Source of the DNA: Bacteroidales bacterium
GTDB lineage: Bacteria; Bacteroidota; Bacteroidia; Bacteroidales; UBA7960
Length of the DNA: 52,696 nucleotides
NCBI GenBank assembly: GCA_007132585.1
Contig: SLOJ01000025.1
Location: forward strand, 1-52,696
Direction: 5' to 3'
Shown here: in pieces, positions 36,586 through 48,748 of the stretch
Numbering within the stretch: the stretch's first letter is position 1
How the letters are laid out: each line of letters opens with the position of its first letter
Position numbers and translations under genes: made by a program
Notes under the pieces: generated by a model
Databases searched by the model: none
What the model was told of the DNA's origin: nothing
What the model saw: only the letters and a program-made list of their open reading frames with translations

Positions 36586-37338
36586 CTATCTTTTAGATTT
36601 ACACACCCTGGCTGAAAAGAATTCGCGGTTCATCTGGGCGATAAATTCAACAGAAATTCCTTTGGGGCAGTCATATTCACAACCATAAGTATTTGAACAG
36701 AAGCCAAATCCCACTTCGTCCATTTTGGCCACCATTTTCTCCACTCTGTCTTTTGCTTCCACTTTTCCTTGTGGCAACATAGCCATTTGCGATACTTTGG
36801 CAGAAACAAACAACATAGCAGAAGAATTTTTACATGCAGCCACACAGGCACCACAGCCAATACAAACGGCAGCATCAAATGCTCTGTCGGATATTTTCTT
36901 GTTGATCGGGATGTTATTAGCTTCCTGTGCTGAGCCTGTATTGACATTCACAAATCCTCCTGCTCTTATAACCTTTTCAAAAGCCGACCGGTCAACCACC
37001 AGGTCTTTTATTACCGAAAAAGCTTTGCTTCTCCATGGTTCAATAACGATGGTAGAATTATCTTCAAACTCGCGCATGTGCAGTTCGCAGGTTGTGGTGT
37101 GTGTAACGGGGCCATGAGGCCTGCCGTTAATATACAACCCGCAGCTTCCGCAGATCCCTTCGCGGCAATCGTGTTCAAAATGTACCGGCTCGCCGCCCGA
37201 TTCAATGATCTGCTGATTAAGATAGTCAAGCATTTGCAGAAAAGACATTTCTGCAGATACATTTTTGAGGGTATGATTTTCAAATTTACCCTTGGCTGAA
37301 GCGTTTTTCTGACGCCATATTTTTAGTTTAAACTCCAT
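36586..37338 (-). CDS. sdhB: succinate dehydrogenase/fumarate reductase iron-sulfur subunit
   Basis: It has three Cys clusters: [21 protein letters not shown] and [12 protein letters not shown]. Confidence 0.92.
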   Translation of the reverse strand: MEFKLKIWRQKNASAKGKFENHTLKNVSAEMSFLQMLDYLNQQIIESGGEPVHFEHDCREGICGSCGLYINGRPHGPVTHTTTCELHMREFEDNSTIVIEPWRSKAFSVIKDLVVDRSAFEKVIRAGGFVNVNTGSAQEANNIPINKKISDRAFDAAVCIGCGACVAACKNSSAMLFVSAKVSQMAMLPQGKVEAKDRVEKMVAKMDEVGFGFCSNTYGCEYDCPKGISVEFIAQMNREFFSARVCKSKR

Positions 37339-37355
37339 ATGTTCGGTACTTAAGG

Positions 37356-39275
37356 TTATTTATAACTTCTTTCTTTCAGCTCAACATTTTCAAAAACCAG
37401 CGGCTCCTTGTGAAGGATCTCACTCTGGCGGTTTCCTTTGTATTCATAAGCCGAAACATGTGCATACTCGGCGTCATTGCGCTTTGCTTCACCCTGTTCT
37501 GTCTGATACTCTTCACGGAAATGGGCACCGCATGATTCATCTCTGTCAAGTGCATCCTGGCACATCAATCGTCCTACTTCAAAAAAGTCGGCAACCCTGA
37601 TGGCTTTTTCCAGTTCCTGGTTGTACTCACCAGCCGTAGCAGGTACTTTTACTTCTTTCCAGAATTCATCCTCCAGCTGATCGATCATTTCAATCCCCTT
37701 TTGTAACCCTTCCTTGCTTCTTACCATTCCGCAATGATCCCAAAGAATTTTACCAAGTCTTTTATGGAAAGAAGTAACCGTTTGTTTTCCGTTAACAGCC
37801 ATAAGCCGGTCAATTCTTTCTTTAGCAGCTTTTTCGGCTTTATCAAATTCTTCATGGTCTGTTTGTATGCGTGGTGTCCTGATTTCATCGGCAAGGTAGT
37901 CGCCAATGGTGTAAGGCAGGATAAAGTACCCATCTCCGGAGCACTGCATCAGGGAGCTGGCTCCCAGCCTGTTGGCTCCGTGATCAGAGAAATTACTTTC
38001 ACCCACTGAATATAAACCCGGAATGGTAGTCATCAGGTTATAGTCTACCCATAATCCGCCCATGGTATAATGCCCTGCAGGATAAATCCGCATGGGCTCT
38101 TCATAAGGGTTGATTCCGGTTATTTTCATATACATTTCAAACAAGTTACCGTATTTATCTTCAATGCCTTTCTTGCCTTGTTTTTCAATGGCATCTTTGA
38201 AGTCAAGATAAACAGAAAGGCCTGAATCACCAACGCCATAACCTGCATCACAACGTTCTTTGGCAGCGCGAGATGCCACATCGCGGGGTACCAGGTTACC
38301 AAAGGCTGGATACCTTCTTTCAAGATAATAATCGCGTTCGGCTTCCGGAATTTGATTGGGATGCCGATTTTCATCTTTTTCTTTAGGTACCCATACCCTT
38401 CCGTCGTTTCTCAGTGATTCTGACATAAGTGTAAGTTTCGACTGATAATCGTTAAGTACAGGAATACTTGTAGGATGAATCTGAATAAAACTGGGGTTAG
38501 CAAACAATGCCCCTTTTCTATGAGCTGCCCAGGCTGCTGATGCATTGCTGCCAAGAGCGAGGGTAGACAAATAAAATACGGTGCCATACCCACCTGTTGC
38601 CAGTACCACAGCATGAGCCGAATGTCTTTCAAGTTCACCGGTTAACAGGTTACGTGTAATGATACCACGTGCTTTGCCATCAATAACGACCAAATCGAGC
38701 ATATCGCGGCGTTCATACATTGTAACGGTTCCTTTGGCAATCTGCCTGCTCAAAGATGAATATGTACCCAGCAAACACTGCTGCCCTGTTTGTCCTTTGG
38801 CATAGAAAGTGCGGGAAACCTGAACTCCACCGAAAGACCGGGTTTCAAGCATACCACCGTAATCCCTTGCGAAGGGCACACCATGTGCAGCAAAATGGTC
38901 AATTACATAATTGCTTACTTCAGCAGCCCTGTATACATTGGCTTCGCGTGCCCGGAAGTCGCCTCCCTTAATCATATCATGAAAGAGCCGGTAAACACTA
39001 TCGCCATCATTTTTATAATTTTTGGCTGCATTTATTCCTCCCTGGGCAGCAACAGAGTGCGCCCGTCGGGGAGAATCCTGGAAACAAAAGACCTTTACAT
39101 TGTACCCCAGCTCGCCAAGTGCACTGGCTGATGAAGCTCCGGAAAGACCTGTTCCCACTACTATAATATCAATTTTTTTCTTATTGGCAGGGTTTACCAG
39201 GCGTAATGAAGATTTATAATCACTCCATTTATCGGCTAGCGGCCCCTTAGGTATTTTGGAATCAAGCTTTATCAT
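37356..39275 (-). CDS. sdhA: succinate dehydrogenase/fumarate reductase flavoprotein subunit
   Basis: It has [14 protein letters not shown] (FAD), [16 protein letters not shown] and GHYTMGG motifs. 639 aa. Confidence 0.94.
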   Translation of the reverse strand: MIKLDSKIPKGPLADKWSDYKSSLRLVNPANKKKIDIIVVGTGLSGASSASALGELGYNVKVFCFQDSPRRAHSVAAQGGINAAKNYKNDGDSVYRLFHDMIKGGDFRAREANVYRAAEVSNYVIDHFAAHGVPFARDYGGMLETRSFGGVQVSRTFYAKGQTGQQCLLGTYSSLSRQIAKGTVTMYERRDMLDLVVIDGKARGIITRNLLTGELERHSAHAVVLATGGYGTVFYLSTLALGSNASAAWAAHRKGALFANPSFIQIHPTSIPVLNDYQSKLTLMSESLRNDGRVWVPKEKDENRHPNQIPEAERDYYLERRYPAFGNLVPRDVASRAAKERCDAGYGVGDSGLSVYLDFKDAIEKQGKKGIEDKYGNLFEMYMKITGINPYEEPMRIYPAGHYTMGGLWVDYNLMTTIPGLYSVGESNFSDHGANRLGASSLMQCSGDGYFILPYTIGDYLADEIRTPRIQTDHEEFDKAEKAAKERIDRLMAVNGKQTVTSFHKRLGKILWDHCGMVRSKEGLQKGIEMIDQLEDEFWKEVKVPATAGEYNQELEKAIRVADFFEVGRLMCQDALDRDESCGAHFREEYQTEQGEAKRNDAEYAHVSAYEYKGNRQSEILHKEPLVFENVELKERSYK

Positions 39276-39303
39276 TGCTTAAAATTTTAGTATCCTGAAT
39301 GAA

Positions 39304-39975
39304 TTATTTATACAAAAACAAAAAGTACAGTGGGATGATGGAAAAACCAACGGCTATAACCACTGCATAGATGGTTCCCACAACTTTAATGGCAGGCATG
39401 TATTTGTCATGGTTTAAACCAAATGACTGAAATGCCGATTGGAAAGCGTGTTTCAGGTGAAAACCCAGGAACACAAATGAAACAATGTAAATGATGGCAT
39501 AAACAGGGTTTTGGAGTGTTACAACAACCATGGGGAAAAAATCATGGCTCGATTCAGCCCCACCATAAACAGGGAAGAGGCCCAGTTTTACAAAGAAAAA
39601 GTTGTAAAGGTGAATCAGCAGAAAAATAAAAATGATAATTCCACTGTGGATCATGAACCTTGAAAAAGCCGATGTGTCTGATTTTAAAGCCACCTTGTAT
39701 CCTACCGGCCGCGATTTTCTGTTATGAAGCTCAATGATTACACCAAGAATAATGTGAATAATAAAGCCTGCAAACAATACATACTCAACAATTTTAATTA
39801 CCGGATTGGTGAGCAGAAATTCTACAGCCTGGTCGAACTTTTCTCCGCCGTCACCTGCCAGCAATAACAAATTGGTGGTCAGGTGCGATATCAGAAAAAG
39901 CATCAGAAAGGCACCGGCCGCAGCCATAACATATTTATGACTGAGGGAGGACAATCGAAATCCTTTTTTACTCAT
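39304..39975 (-). CDS. sdhC: succinate dehydrogenase/fumarate reductase cytochrome b subunit
   Basis: 223 aa with about five hydrophobic helices bearing conserved His. It is the first gene of the C-A-B arrangement typical of Bacteroidota. Confidence 0.8.
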   Translation of the reverse strand: MSKKGFRLSSLSHKYVMAAAGAFLMLFLISHLTTNLLLLAGDGGEKFDQAVEFLLTNPVIKIVEYVLFAGFIIHIILGVIIELHNRKSRPVGYKVALKSDTSAFSRFMIHSGIIIFIFLLIHLYNFFFVKLGLFPVYGGAESSHDFFPMVVVTLQNPVYAIIYIVSFVFLGFHLKHAFQSAFQSFGLNHDKYMPAIKVVGTIYAVVIAVGFSIIPLYFLFLYK

Positions 39976-40172
39976 AGGGTGAAGATTTGAATTAGAAAAT
40001 AACTTGTTTTAGTAACTTTTTGATCAAAATTTATGTAGGTTTGTATTTTATTGATAATGCAGGTTTTAAGCCATCAGGGGAGTTTTAACCCCTTTGGCTC
40101 ATCATATGAAGAACTGTTTCTGGTTTTGGGTTTACATAATCGTGTGAAGGTTTTTCTGAATATAATACTTAA

Positions 40173-40204
40173 CAAATGTAGATTTTCCGGCTATTATTTG
40201 CAAA
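40173..40204 (-). promoter_or_regulatory. Bacteroidota sigma-A type promoter candidate for the sdh/frd CAB operon
   Basis: The minus strand reads TTTG-caaataatagccggaaaatc-TACATTTG with a 20-nt spacer. It lies ~195 nt upstream of the ATG, implying a long leader that contains the hairpin GCCA..AGGGG/CCCCT.TGGC at 40070-40098. Confidence 0.4.
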
Positions 40205-40274
40205 CAATTCGGTAATTTGAAATAATTATAAATAAAACATAAAAAAATCATATACTTATTAAAAACCATAAAAT

Positions 40275-41663
40275 ATGTTCAAAAAAGAAGTTTATAAGGA
40301 AAGAAGAAACCGTTTAAAGAAATCTGTAAAGGACGGGATCATACTTATATTGGGAAACTCTGATGTTCCGATGAATTATCCTTCCAATACCTACAAGTGG
40401 AGACAAGACAGCAATTTTCTTTATTTTTTCGGTCTTGACTACCAAGGTATGGCGGGTATTATTGATATTGATAATGATACGGAATATATATTCGGAAATG
40501 ATGTAAGCATAGATGATATAGTATGGATGGGACCTCAACCCACAACCGCTGAACTTGCTGCACAGGTTGATGTTTCAAATACGTTGCCATTTTCGGGTTT
40601 GCGCGAAAAAATTGCAAAGGCCTTTGATTTGGGACGCAAAATCCATTTTTTGCCACCTTACAGGGCAGAGAACAAACTTTTGCTTGAAAATTTACTGGGA
40701 ATAAATACTGCAGAACAAAAACAACTGGCATCGGTAGAATTGATAAAAGCCATAGTTGCGTTACGTTCCGTCAAGGATAATTATGAGATTGAAGAACTGG
40801 AAAAAGCCATGGAAACTGCCTGGCTTATGCATACCACTGCTATGAAAATGGCCCGCCCTGGTGTATATGAGCGGGAGGTAGCCGGAAGAATTGAAGGAAT
40901 TGCTCTTGAATCAGGGGGTATGTTGTCATTCCCGGCCATAGTAACCAAACGTGGAGAAACCCTACACAACCACTACCACGGTAATAAACTCGAAAAGGGT
41001 GATCTTTTGCTGGTAGATGCAGGAACAGAAACCAGCCTTCATTATGCCACCGACCATACACGTACCAGTCCGGTAGGTGGAAAATTCACATCAAAACAAA
41101 AAGAAATCTATGAAATAGTTTTACAGGCACAGAAAAATGCAATCGAAGCCATTAAACCCGGTGTAACCAACAAAAGCGTTCATATGCTGGCAGCAAAAAC
41201 ACTGGCAGTCGGGCTCAAGAGCATCGGCCTTATGAAGGGCAATACAGAAGCCGCTGTTGAGCTGGGCGCACATGCCCTTTTCATGCCCCATGGACTTGGC
41301 CATATGATGGGGCTCGACGTGCATGATATGGAAGATTTGGGAGAAGATTTTGTAGGATACGATGATGAGGTGAAAAGGTCAGATATTTTTGGTACCGCGT
41401 TCCTCCGGCTTGGTCGCAAATACCAGCCCGGCTTTGTACTCACTGTTGAGCCGGGATGCTATTTTATTCCTGCACTTATCGAAAAATGGAAAAGTGAAAA
41501 TAAGTTCACCGACTATATTAATTATGATAAAGTAGCTGAATATTTTGATTTTGGTGGAATCAGGATTGAGGATGATATTCTGGTTACCGATAACGGGCAT
41601 AAATTGATGGGAAAACATATACCCAAAACGGTACAGGAAGTAGAGGATCTTATGGCTGATTAG
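40275..41663 (+). CDS. pepP: Xaa-Pro aminopeptidase (M24B)
   Basis: It has the AMP_N-type N-terminus (YPSNTYKWRQDSNFLYFFG) and the metal ligand motifs DAG..., HGLGHMMGLDVHD, VEPGCYF and GIRIEDD. Confidence 0.88.
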   Translation: MFKKEVYKERRNRLKKSVKDGIILILGNSDVPMNYPSNTYKWRQDSNFLYFFGLDYQGMAGIIDIDNDTEYIFGNDVSIDDIVWMGPQPTTAELAAQVDVSNTLPFSGLREKIAKAFDLGRKIHFLPPYRAENKLLLENLLGINTAEQKQLASVELIKAIVALRSVKDNYEIEELEKAMETAWLMHTTAMKMARPGVYEREVAGRIEGIALESGGMLSFPAIVTKRGETLHNHYHGNKLEKGDLLLVDAGTETSLHYATDHTRTSPVGGKFTSKQKEIYEIVLQAQKNAIEAIKPGVTNKSVHMLAAKTLAVGLKSIGLMKGNTEAAVELGAHALFMPHGLGHMMGLDVHDMEDLGEDFVGYDDEVKRSDIFGTAFLRLGRKYQPGFVLTVEPGCYFIPALIEKWKSENKFTDYINYDKVAEYFDFGGIRIEDDILVTDNGHKLMGKHIPKTVQEVEDLMAD

Positions 41664-41695
41664 AAAGTTACTTTAAATTCCATTTAGAATTAAGA

Positions 41696-41717
41696 AACCC
41701 CGTCAGTTGACGGGGTT
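41696..41717. terminator. stem-loop between convergent pepP and a small ORF
   Basis: AACCCCGTC-agtt-GACGGGGTT: a perfect 9-bp stem with weak T-rich tails on both strands. Confidence 0.6.
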
Positions 41718-41795
41718 CTTACCTTGGGGAGGCTGTTAATTCCATAAAAATGGAACAACTATTATTACAGTGTTGGGGTGTGCTTTACTATATAA

Positions 41796-42005
41796 TCAGT
41801 TATTATTTTCCTTTATCGTTAACTGGATTTTCGGAACTTCATCACTCTCCAGTTTGGCAAATTCTATACCATGTTTTATACACCATGATTTGAAATCATC
41901 GCTATCGCCGTTGTTATTTTTAAAATCACTCATCAGATGCTCTTCAAGGCAGATGATATCCCTGCGATTTTTTAAAAGCTTTAAAACAAGTTCTCTGTAG
42001 GTCAT
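41796..42005 (-). CDS. hypothetical small protein (69 aa)
   Basis: The ORF is in the track and I see no recognisable motif. It lies in an AT-rich gap between pepP and pgi. Confidence 0.4.
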   Translation of the reverse strand: MTYRELVLKLLKNRRDIICLEEHLMSDFKNNNGDSDDFKSWCIKHGIEFAKLESDEVPKIQLTIKENNN

Positions 42006-42039
42006 AAAAAAGTATTAACAAATGGATTTTCCGGTTTTG

Positions 42040-42210
42040 TCAGCCTTCTTCTTTGCTGATCTGTAATGCCCTGAGCTGCCTTTGAATTTCTTTATAGCTC
42101 CTTATTAACTTTGAGATCAATTCGCATTCCCTGGTATTCAGCAGATATACTACTTCTTTATTGTTTTCAAGCTCTTTCAGGTATTCCAGTTCTTTATCCG
42201 ATAGCATCAT
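42040..42210 (-). CDS. hypothetical small helical protein (56 aa, below the track cutoff)
   Basis: Hand translation of the minus strand gives MMLSDKELEYLKELENNKEVVYLLNTRECELISKLIRSYKEIQRQLRALQISKEEG*. The stop lies 34 nt before the next small ORF. Confidence 0.3.
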   Translation of the reverse strand: MMLSDKELEYLKELENNKEVVYLLNTRECELISKLIRSYKEIQRQLRALQISKEEG

Positions 42211-42296
42211 GATATTCTTCCTTTTGGTTAAACTGAGTTGTGTTGGTGTATGTGTTGTAGCAAAAATAATCTTCTGAAGCGCAATAGCGCCTAAAG

Positions 42297-42323
42297 ATTT
42301 TACCTGTTTTTTTCAGGTAAAAT
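42297..42323 (-). terminator. stem-loop downstream of pgi
   Basis: ATTTTACCTG-ttttttt-CAGGTAAAAT: a perfect 10-bp stem. Only a weak T-tract (CTTTAGG) follows on the minus strand. Confidence 0.4.
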
Positions 42324-42434
42324 GCATTGGTTTAAAAGTGCAAAACACTAAGGGTTTACCGAAAAGTAAAATTGAAAGACAAAACCCGGGCCTGAACTTG
42401 TTCAGTCTGGTTTATTTTAAGGAAAGTAGAGGAG

Positions 42435-43781
42435 TTAAAGTCTTTTTCTGATTTGTGCAGTTTCTTCTTCAAATCCTGGTTTCTCGAGCAAGGCAAACAT
42501 ATTTTTTTTATATGCTTCAACACCCGGCTGATCAAAAGGATTTATTTCCAGGATATAACCACTGATGGCACAGGCCATTTCAAAGAAATATACCAGTTCA
42601 CCCAACACATTTTCATTGATGCGGGGCAAAACGATTTCTATATTGGGGACTTCACCATCCACATGTGCCAGCATAGTGCCGGTTTCTGCCATTTTATTTA
42701 CATAGCTGAGTCGCTTTCCGGCAAGAAAATTTAATCCATCTAAGTTATCTTCGTCATACGGTATTTCCAGCGATTTTTCCGGCTGTTCAACTCTCACCAC
42801 GGTTTCAAAAAGATTTCTCATTCCATCCTGAATATACTGACCCATGGAATGCAGATCGGTGGTGAAATTAACTCCTGCAGGGAAGATTCCCCTCTGGCCT
42901 TTTCCTTCACTCTCACCATACAATTGTTTCCACCATTCAGTAAAAAACAACATATTCGGAGTATAATTGGCCATTACCTCTGTGGTTTTCCCCTTGCGAT
43001 AAAGAATATTCCTGACCACGGCATACAAAGCAGCGGGATTTTTGAACAAATCATCTTCCTTGGCAAGGTATTGCTGCATGGTTTGTGCTCCCTTAATGAA
43101 GGCACCTATATCAAAACCGGCAACAGCAATAGGTAATAAGCCAACCGGAGTAAGCACTGAATAGCGACCACCCACGTCATCGGGTATAACGTAAGTTTTG
43201 TATGACATTTTATCGGAGAGGGTCTTCAAGGCTCCTTTGGAAGCATCCGTAACAGCATATATCCTTTGCGATGCTTCTTCTTTCCCGTATTTTTCTTCCA
43301 GATGTTTCCTGAGTAAACGGAATGCTATTGCAGGCTCGGTGGTAGTCCCGGATTTGGAAATTACAATAACAGAATACTCTTTATCATCAAGAAAGTCGAG
43401 TAACTCGGCAGTATAATCTTCACCGATATTTTGCCCGGCATACACCACAAGCGGATTTTCCCCTTTGGTATGCTGCATCATGTAAAAATTATTGCTCAGG
43501 GCATCAATTATGGCCCGTGCTCCCAGGTAAGAACCTCCTATACCCACAACAACCGCAACCTGTGATTTTTTTCGTATTTGTTCGGCATCCTTCCTGATTC
43601 TCTCAATAAGATCTTCCGGAATATTACCGGGCAGATCAACCCAGCCAAGAAAATCACTACCTTCTCCCGTTTTTTTATATACCTTACGACGTTGCAGTTC
43701 CACTTCCGATTTGAAGAGCTTAATCTCATCCTTTCTGACAAAATCTTTCGTATTGTCGATCTTTACTTTTACCTGAACCAT
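42435..43781 (-). CDS. pgi: glucose-6-phosphate isomerase
   Basis: 448 aa with VVVGIGGSYLGARA and the SIS-domain pattern. The length and motifs fit the short bacterial PGI class. Confidence 0.92.
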   Translation of the reverse strand: MVQVKVKIDNTKDFVRKDEIKLFKSEVELQRRKVYKKTGEGSDFLGWVDLPGNIPEDLIERIRKDAEQIRKKSQVAVVVGIGGSYLGARAIIDALSNNFYMMQHTKGENPLVVYAGQNIGEDYTAELLDFLDDKEYSVIVISKSGTTTEPAIAFRLLRKHLEEKYGKEEASQRIYAVTDASKGALKTLSDKMSYKTYVIPDDVGGRYSVLTPVGLLPIAVAGFDIGAFIKGAQTMQQYLAKEDDLFKNPAALYAVVRNILYRKGKTTEVMANYTPNMLFFTEWWKQLYGESEGKGQRGIFPAGVNFTTDLHSMGQYIQDGMRNLFETVVRVEQPEKSLEIPYDEDNLDGLNFLAGKRLSYVNKMAETGTMLAHVDGEVPNIEIVLPRINENVLGELVYFFEMACAISGYILEINPFDQPGVEAYKKNMFALLEKPGFEEETAQIRKRL

Positions 43782-43795
43782 AATACAATGCTTGA

Positions 43796-46700
43796 TTATT
43801 CGAGTTTACGGGCAATTTCAACTGTTTCAAATGCTTCAATAATGTCACCTACTTTAATATCGTTGAACTTATCCACATTCAAACCACATTCATATCCTGA
43901 AGAAACTTCTTTTACGTCATCCTTAAACCGCTTAAGTGAGCCGAGGAAGCCTGTATAAACCACAATCCCATCGCGTATAACACGAATATTCGAATTGCGG
44001 TGAATTTTACCGTCGAGCACCATACAACCTGCCACAGAACCCACTTTGGTGATTTTGAAAACTTCTCTTACTTCAAGATTGGCATTAATCTTCTCTTCAA
44101 TTTCAGGTGCAAGCATACCTTCAATGGCCGATTTAATTTCATTGATAGCATTGTAAATTACAGAATACAACCTGATATCAATTTCTTCTGTTTCTGCCAG
44201 TTTCCGGGCAGCAAGAGACGGACGCACCTGAAAACCTACAATAACAGCATTGGATGCCGAAGCCAGCAGAACGTCACCTTCAGTGATAGACCCTACAGCT
44301 TTGTGGATGATATTAACCTGAACTTCTTCAGTTGAAAGCTTCAGCATTGAGTCGGCCAGTGCTTCAACGGAACCATCCACATCACCTTTTATAATGATGT
44401 TCAGCTCTTTGAAATCGCCTATAGCAATTCGGCGACCAATTTCATCGAGCGTAATATGTTTCTGAGTTCTGAGGCCCTGTTCTCTGATAAGCTGTTGACG
44501 TTTTGATGTAATAGCCTTTGCTTCACTTTCTTCATTTACCACGTGGAAGTTATCTCCTGCCTGGGGAGCCCCGTCGAGACCAAGCATTAGCACAGGAGTT
44601 GCCGGTCCGGCTTCGTTGATTTTCATGTTCCTTTCGTTGAACATGGCCTTAACACGACCATGCATGCTCCCTGCTACAACAATATCACCCATCCTGAGTG
44701 TTCCGTTTTGAACCAGTATGGTAGCCAGATATCCTCTTCCTTTATCAAGAGAAGATTCTATAACTGTACCCGTGGCACTGCGGTTTGGATTAGCTTTCAG
44801 GTCAAGTAGTTCGGCTTCAAGCAGAACCTTTTCGAGCAGTTTTTCAATATTTACTCCATTCTTGGCAGAAATTTCCTGGCTTTGATACTTACCACCCCAG
44901 TCTTCCACAAGGATATTTATATTAGCCAGTTCCTCCTTCACTTTTTCTACATTGGCATTGGGCTTATCAATTTTGTTGATAGCAATAACGATAGGAACTC
45001 CAGCCGCCTGGGCGTGATTGATAGCCTCAATGGTTTGGGGCATAACATTATCATCGGCCGCTACCACAATAATGGCAACATCTGTAACCTTAGCTCCACG
45101 GGCGCGCATGGCAGTAAATGCTTCATGACCAGGAGTATCCAGGAAGCTGATCATTTTACCATCGTCCATTTGCACTGAGTAAGCACCAATGTGCTGAGTA
45201 ATGCCACCGGCCTCACCGGCAATTACATTTGCGTGTCTGATCTGGTCAAGTAACGATGTTTTACCATGGTCAACATGACCCATAACCGTAACAATGGGAG
45301 CTCTACCCCTAAGATCTTCAGGTTTGTCCTCTTCTTCTTCGATGGTTTCCTGGTCTTCGACACTAACAAAATGTGCTTCAAACCCAAATTCGTCAGCCAC
45401 AATGGCGATGGTTTCGGCATCGAGGCGCTGGTTGATCGAAACAAACAGACCCAGGTTCATGCAGGTGGAAATTACTTCCGTAACGGGCACATCCATCAGG
45501 CTTGCCAGCTCATTGGCTGAAACAAATTCGGTAACTTCCAGAGTCTTCTGATCAGTTTCAGCCATTTCAGCATCCATTAACCTTTGTTTCTGCTGAAGAT
45601 CTCTTTTCTGGCGGCGATGCTTGGCTCCTTTAGATTTACCGATACCACTAAGGCTTGCCAGTGTTTCGCGAATTTGTCTTGAAATTTCTTCATCACTCAC
45701 CTCAGGTTTCGCAAAATCTTTTCTGGGAGCTTTTCTGCCTTTTGCAGCCTGCTGAGCTGCTTTGCCTTTTCTACCTGCTTGTTTTTGCTGTTCATCAGAT
45801 TGTCCTTTTCTTTGGGCATCCTTTTCCTTACCGGCCACCTGGCCTTCCTGCGACTTTTCTTTACGAATGCGTTTACGCTTTCTCTTCTTTGGCTTTTCGG
45901 GGTCTGATGACGATGCAACCGGCTGCTTTTTTGATTTATCTTTAGCAGCAGGAAGATCAATTTTACCCAATACCGTTACTCCTTCAAGCTTTTTATATTC
46001 GGTTTTATGACGAGCCTTTTCATCTTGTTCAACAGCTGCCGGCTTTTCTTGAACCGGTTCATCGACCGGCTTTTCTTCAACAGGTTTTTCTTCAACCTTC
46101 TCGGCCGGTTTCTCGGCAGCTTTTTCTTCTTCTTTTGGTTTTTCTTCTTTGGCAGCTTTTTCCTTTACGTCTTTTTTCTTTTCCTTCTCAGCCTTATCTT
46201 CCAGATCTATTTTGCCCAAAACTTTAGGCCCTTTTGATGGAGTTTTCTTTGGCTTTTCTTCAGAAGTTTCAGCAGCAACATCTTTCTTTTCTTCCAGAGC
46301 AGTTTCTTTGGGCTTTTCTTCTTTGGGTTGTTCCTTTTCGGCTTCCTTTTTCTTTGCAGGCTTTCCTGAAAGTTTATCTGCATCAAGTTTACCAACTACC
46401 TTTGGACCTGTAACCGAAGGTTTTTCTTTAGGCTCGGCAGCAGGAGCTTCTTTCTCGCTCATCATAGATTTCATATCCTTAATGAAAAGCTCTTTTTCTT
46501 CGGCTTCCTCTTCTTCTTTTTCGGGTTCCTTTTCTTTAGCAGGAACTTTTTTCTCGTCATCCTGGGAACCAAGGCTTTCGCGGCGTGAAAAACTCAATCC
46601 GGTTTTTCTCACCTCATCTTTCAGGCTTTTTTCTTTCTGAAATTCTTTGGCAAGTATTTCGTAAGCTTCGGGCGAGATCTTTGTATTGGGATTGGGATCT

Positions 46701-46804
46701 ACGGATATACCTTTCTTACCCAGAAAGTCTACAATGGTTGAAATACCAATGTTGAACTCCCTGGCAAGTTTACTTAATCTTAATACTTTGGTGCCCTCTG
46801 TCAT
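43796..46804 (-). CDS. infB: translation initiation factor IF-2
   Basis: The start was set at ATG 46804 ([28 protein letters not shown]). A long K/E/P-rich N-terminal region precedes the G domain ([21 protein letters not shown]). It follows nusA. Confidence 0.95.
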   Translation of the reverse strand: MTEGTKVLRLSKLAREFNIGISTIVDFLGKKGISVDPNPNTKISPEAYEILAKEFQKEKSLKDEVRKTGLSFSRRESLGSQDDEKKVPAKEKEPEKEEEEAEEKELFIKDMKSMMSEKEAPAAEPKEKPSVTGPKVVGKLDADKLSGKPAKKKEAEKEQPKEEKPKETALEEKKDVAAETSEEKPKKTPSKGPKVLGKIDLEDKAEKEKKKDVKEKAAKEEKPKEEEKAAEKPAEKVEEKPVEEKPVDEPVQEKPAAVEQDEKARHKTEYKKLEGVTVLGKIDLPAAKDKSKKQPVASSSDPEKPKKRKRKRIRKEKSQEGQVAGKEKDAQRKGQSDEQQKQAGRKGKAAQQAAKGRKAPRKDFAKPEVSDEEISRQIRETLASLSGIGKSKGAKHRRQKRDLQQKQRLMDAEMAETDQKTLEVTEFVSANELASLMDVPVTEVISTCMNLGLFVSINQRLDAETIAIVADEFGFEAHFVSVEDQETIEEEEDKPEDLRGRAPIVTVMGHVDHGKTSLLDQIRHANVIAGEAGGITQHIGAYSVQMDDGKMISFLDTPGHEAFTAMRARGAKVTDVAIIVVAADDNVMPQTIEAINHAQAAGVPIVIAINKIDKPNANVEKVKEELANINILVEDWGGKYQSQEISAKNGVNIEKLLEKVLLEAELLDLKANPNRSATGTVIESSLDKGRGYLATILVQNGTLRMGDIVVAGSMHGRVKAMFNERNMKINEAGPATPVLMLGLDGAPQAGDNFHVVNEESEAKAITSKRQQLIREQGLRTQKHITLDEIGRRIAIGDFKELNIIIKGDVDGSVEALADSMLKLSTEEVQVNIIHKAVGSITEGDVLLASASNAVIVGFQVRPSLAARKLAETEEIDIRLYSVIYNAINEIKSAIEGMLAPEIEEKINANLEVREVFKITKVGSVAGCMVLDGKIHRNSNIRVIRDGIVVYTGFLGSLKRFKDDVKEVSSGYECGLNVDKFNDIKVGDIIEAFETVEIARKLE

Positions 46805-46868
46805 ACTGGAATTCTCGTTTACAAAAAATTTTTGAAACCTTTGAAAAATGTTTGCAAAGTTATATAAT

Positions 46869-48104
46869 TTATTCAAATTCTGCTTTTAATATGCTTATTA
46901 CATCCTTGATGGTTTCCTCTTCCAGGTCAACTCTTTTCACAAGATCTTCAAGACTCAGCTGAATGATACTTTTTGCTGTATCAAGACCCACAGCTTTGAA
47001 CTCATCAATGATCCACTGTTCAATTTCATCAGCGAATTCCTGGATGTCGACATCTTCAGTATCCTGGTCTGTGTCGCGGTATACATCAATCTCATAACCG
47101 GTAAGTGTTCCTGCAAGTTTAATGTTGAATCCACCTTTACCAATAGCCAGTGAAACCTGGTCGGGTTTCAGATACACCTCTGCCCTCTTGGTTTCTTCTT
47201 CAATGTTGATAGAAGAGATCTTTGCAGGGCTCAGTGCCCTTGAAATATATAGGCTTGGGTTTTGGGTAAAATTGATCACATCAATGTTTTCATTGCGCAG
47301 CTCGCGCACAATACCGTGTATACGTGACCCTTTCATTCCCACACATGCTCCCACAGGGTCGATACGATCGTCATAAGATTCAACGGCAACCTTGGCTCTC
47401 TCGCCCGGTGCACGTACAATCTTTTTTATGGTGATCAATCCATCATGCACCTCGGGAACCTCCTGCTCAAATAACCGTTCCAGGAAAACATCGGAAGTAC
47501 GTGAAAGAATGATCAACGGATTGTTGTTTTTTATTTCCACGCGGGCCACAACAGCTCTTACGGTATCTCCCTTGCGGAAGAAGTCAGATGGGATCTGCTC
47601 TGTTTTTGGCAGTATAAGCTCTATGCCTTCATCGTCAAGTGCAAGCAATTCTTTTTTCCATACCTGGTAAACCTCGGCTGTTATAAGGTCGCCGATACGC
47701 TCCTGGTATTTCTGGTAAATACTGTCCTTTTCCAGTTCCAGAATTTTTGATGCCAGGTTCTGGCGGATAGCAAGGATCTCTCTGCGGCCAAAGTCAGACA
47801 TCCGCACCGGTTCAGAAACCTCTTCGCCAATCTCAAAATCGGGTTCAATTCGGATGGCTTCGGAATACTCAATTTCCTCATTGGTATCTTCTGCAGCACC
47901 GTCTTCAACAATAACACGGTTACGCCATACTTCAAGGTCTCCCTTGTCAATATTTACGATAATATCAAAATTATCGGCCGATCCGTATTTTTTCTGCAAC
48001 ATATTGCGGAATACGTCTTCAAGGATCAGCATCATGGTAGAGCGGTCAATGTTTTTAAACTCCTTGAATTCGGAGAACGACTCAACCAAATTAATGTTTT
48101 CCAT
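46869..48104 (-). CDS. nusA: transcription termination/antitermination factor NusA
   Basis: 411 aa with the NusA N-terminal domain, S1 and two KH modules ([21 protein letters not shown]). It lies in the rimP-nusA-infB synteny. Confidence 0.94.
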   Translation of the reverse strand: MENINLVESFSEFKEFKNIDRSTMMLILEDVFRNMLQKKYGSADNFDIIVNIDKGDLEVWRNRVIVEDGAAEDTNEEIEYSEAIRIEPDFEIGEEVSEPVRMSDFGRREILAIRQNLASKILELEKDSIYQKYQERIGDLITAEVYQVWKKELLALDDEGIELILPKTEQIPSDFFRKGDTVRAVVARVEIKNNNPLIILSRTSDVFLERLFEQEVPEVHDGLITIKKIVRAPGERAKVAVESYDDRIDPVGACVGMKGSRIHGIVRELRNENIDVINFTQNPSLYISRALSPAKISSINIEEETKRAEVYLKPDQVSLAIGKGGFNIKLAGTLTGYEIDVYRDTDQDTEDVDIQEFADEIEQWIIDEFKAVGLDTAKSIIQLSLEDLVKRVDLEEETIKDVISILKAEFE

Positions 48105-48149
48105 CTGTAGGTATTGATTTAAAAATAGATTGTAGAATCTGTTAAATAT

Positions 48150-48629
48150 TTATTTTTTTGTAGGTTTTTTAAAAGATACCTGCACCTTAACATCCGATAC
48201 ATCGTTGTATGAAAATTGTTGCACAGGGTCTTCATGTTCCTGCTGTTTCTTTTTTTTCTTCTTTGAGATTTCTTTTTCCGCCACAAAACCGGTTTCATGA
48301 GCTTCCAGCAGAGTTGCCCTTAGTTTTTTCCCTTCGACATCAGTAAACACAATGTCTCTTCCCACATTTTTCTTAAACTGCCTGGGCAAGAAAAGCGGGG
48401 TATCCACTCCTACCGAAGAAACTTCAAGCTCAAAGTCTTCTGCATCGCGATCGAGCTGCGATTCAATAAAACGGCTTATTTCTGCGCATCTGCTGATAGG
48501 TACACCCTCATCACCATCCAGAAAAACCATGATCTTGTTGCGGCCCGAAACTTTTACTTCCACCAGAAAGAGATCTGAATCCTTCAGGTGCTCATCAACT
48601 ATTTTTATTATTCCGGCTTTATCGATCAT
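48150..48629 (-). CDS. rimP: ribosome maturation factor RimP
   Basis: 159 aa, located immediately upstream of nusA. It has the pattern LVEV...G....L.VF.D...GV....C..SR. Confidence 0.9.
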   Translation of the reverse strand: MIDKAGIIKIVDEHLKDSDLFLVEVKVSGRNKIMVFLDGDEGVPISRCAEISRFIESQLDRDAEDFELEVSSVGVDTPLFLPRQFKKNVGRDIVFTDVEGKKLRATLLEAHETGFVAEKEISKKKKKKQQEHEDPVQQFSYNDVSDVKVQVSFKKPTKK

Positions 48630-48748
48630 AAATTATTATCTGGAAACCTTTAATCTTCTTTGTGCAAAAACTACTGCACAACCTTATATTAATGAAACAG
48701 GGGACTTAAAAGGCCCCCTGTACGTTATTGCCATTGCAAATTTCGCTG

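Noticed and set aside
45560-46640. Apparent DNA repeats and many overlapping ORFs on both strands (e.g. 46149-46640, 46007-46237)
   Set aside because: This region encodes the K/E/P/A-rich low-complexity N-terminal part of IF-2. The repeats are compositional, not a tandem-repeat locus or CRISPR array, and the extra ORFs are artefacts of low complexity.
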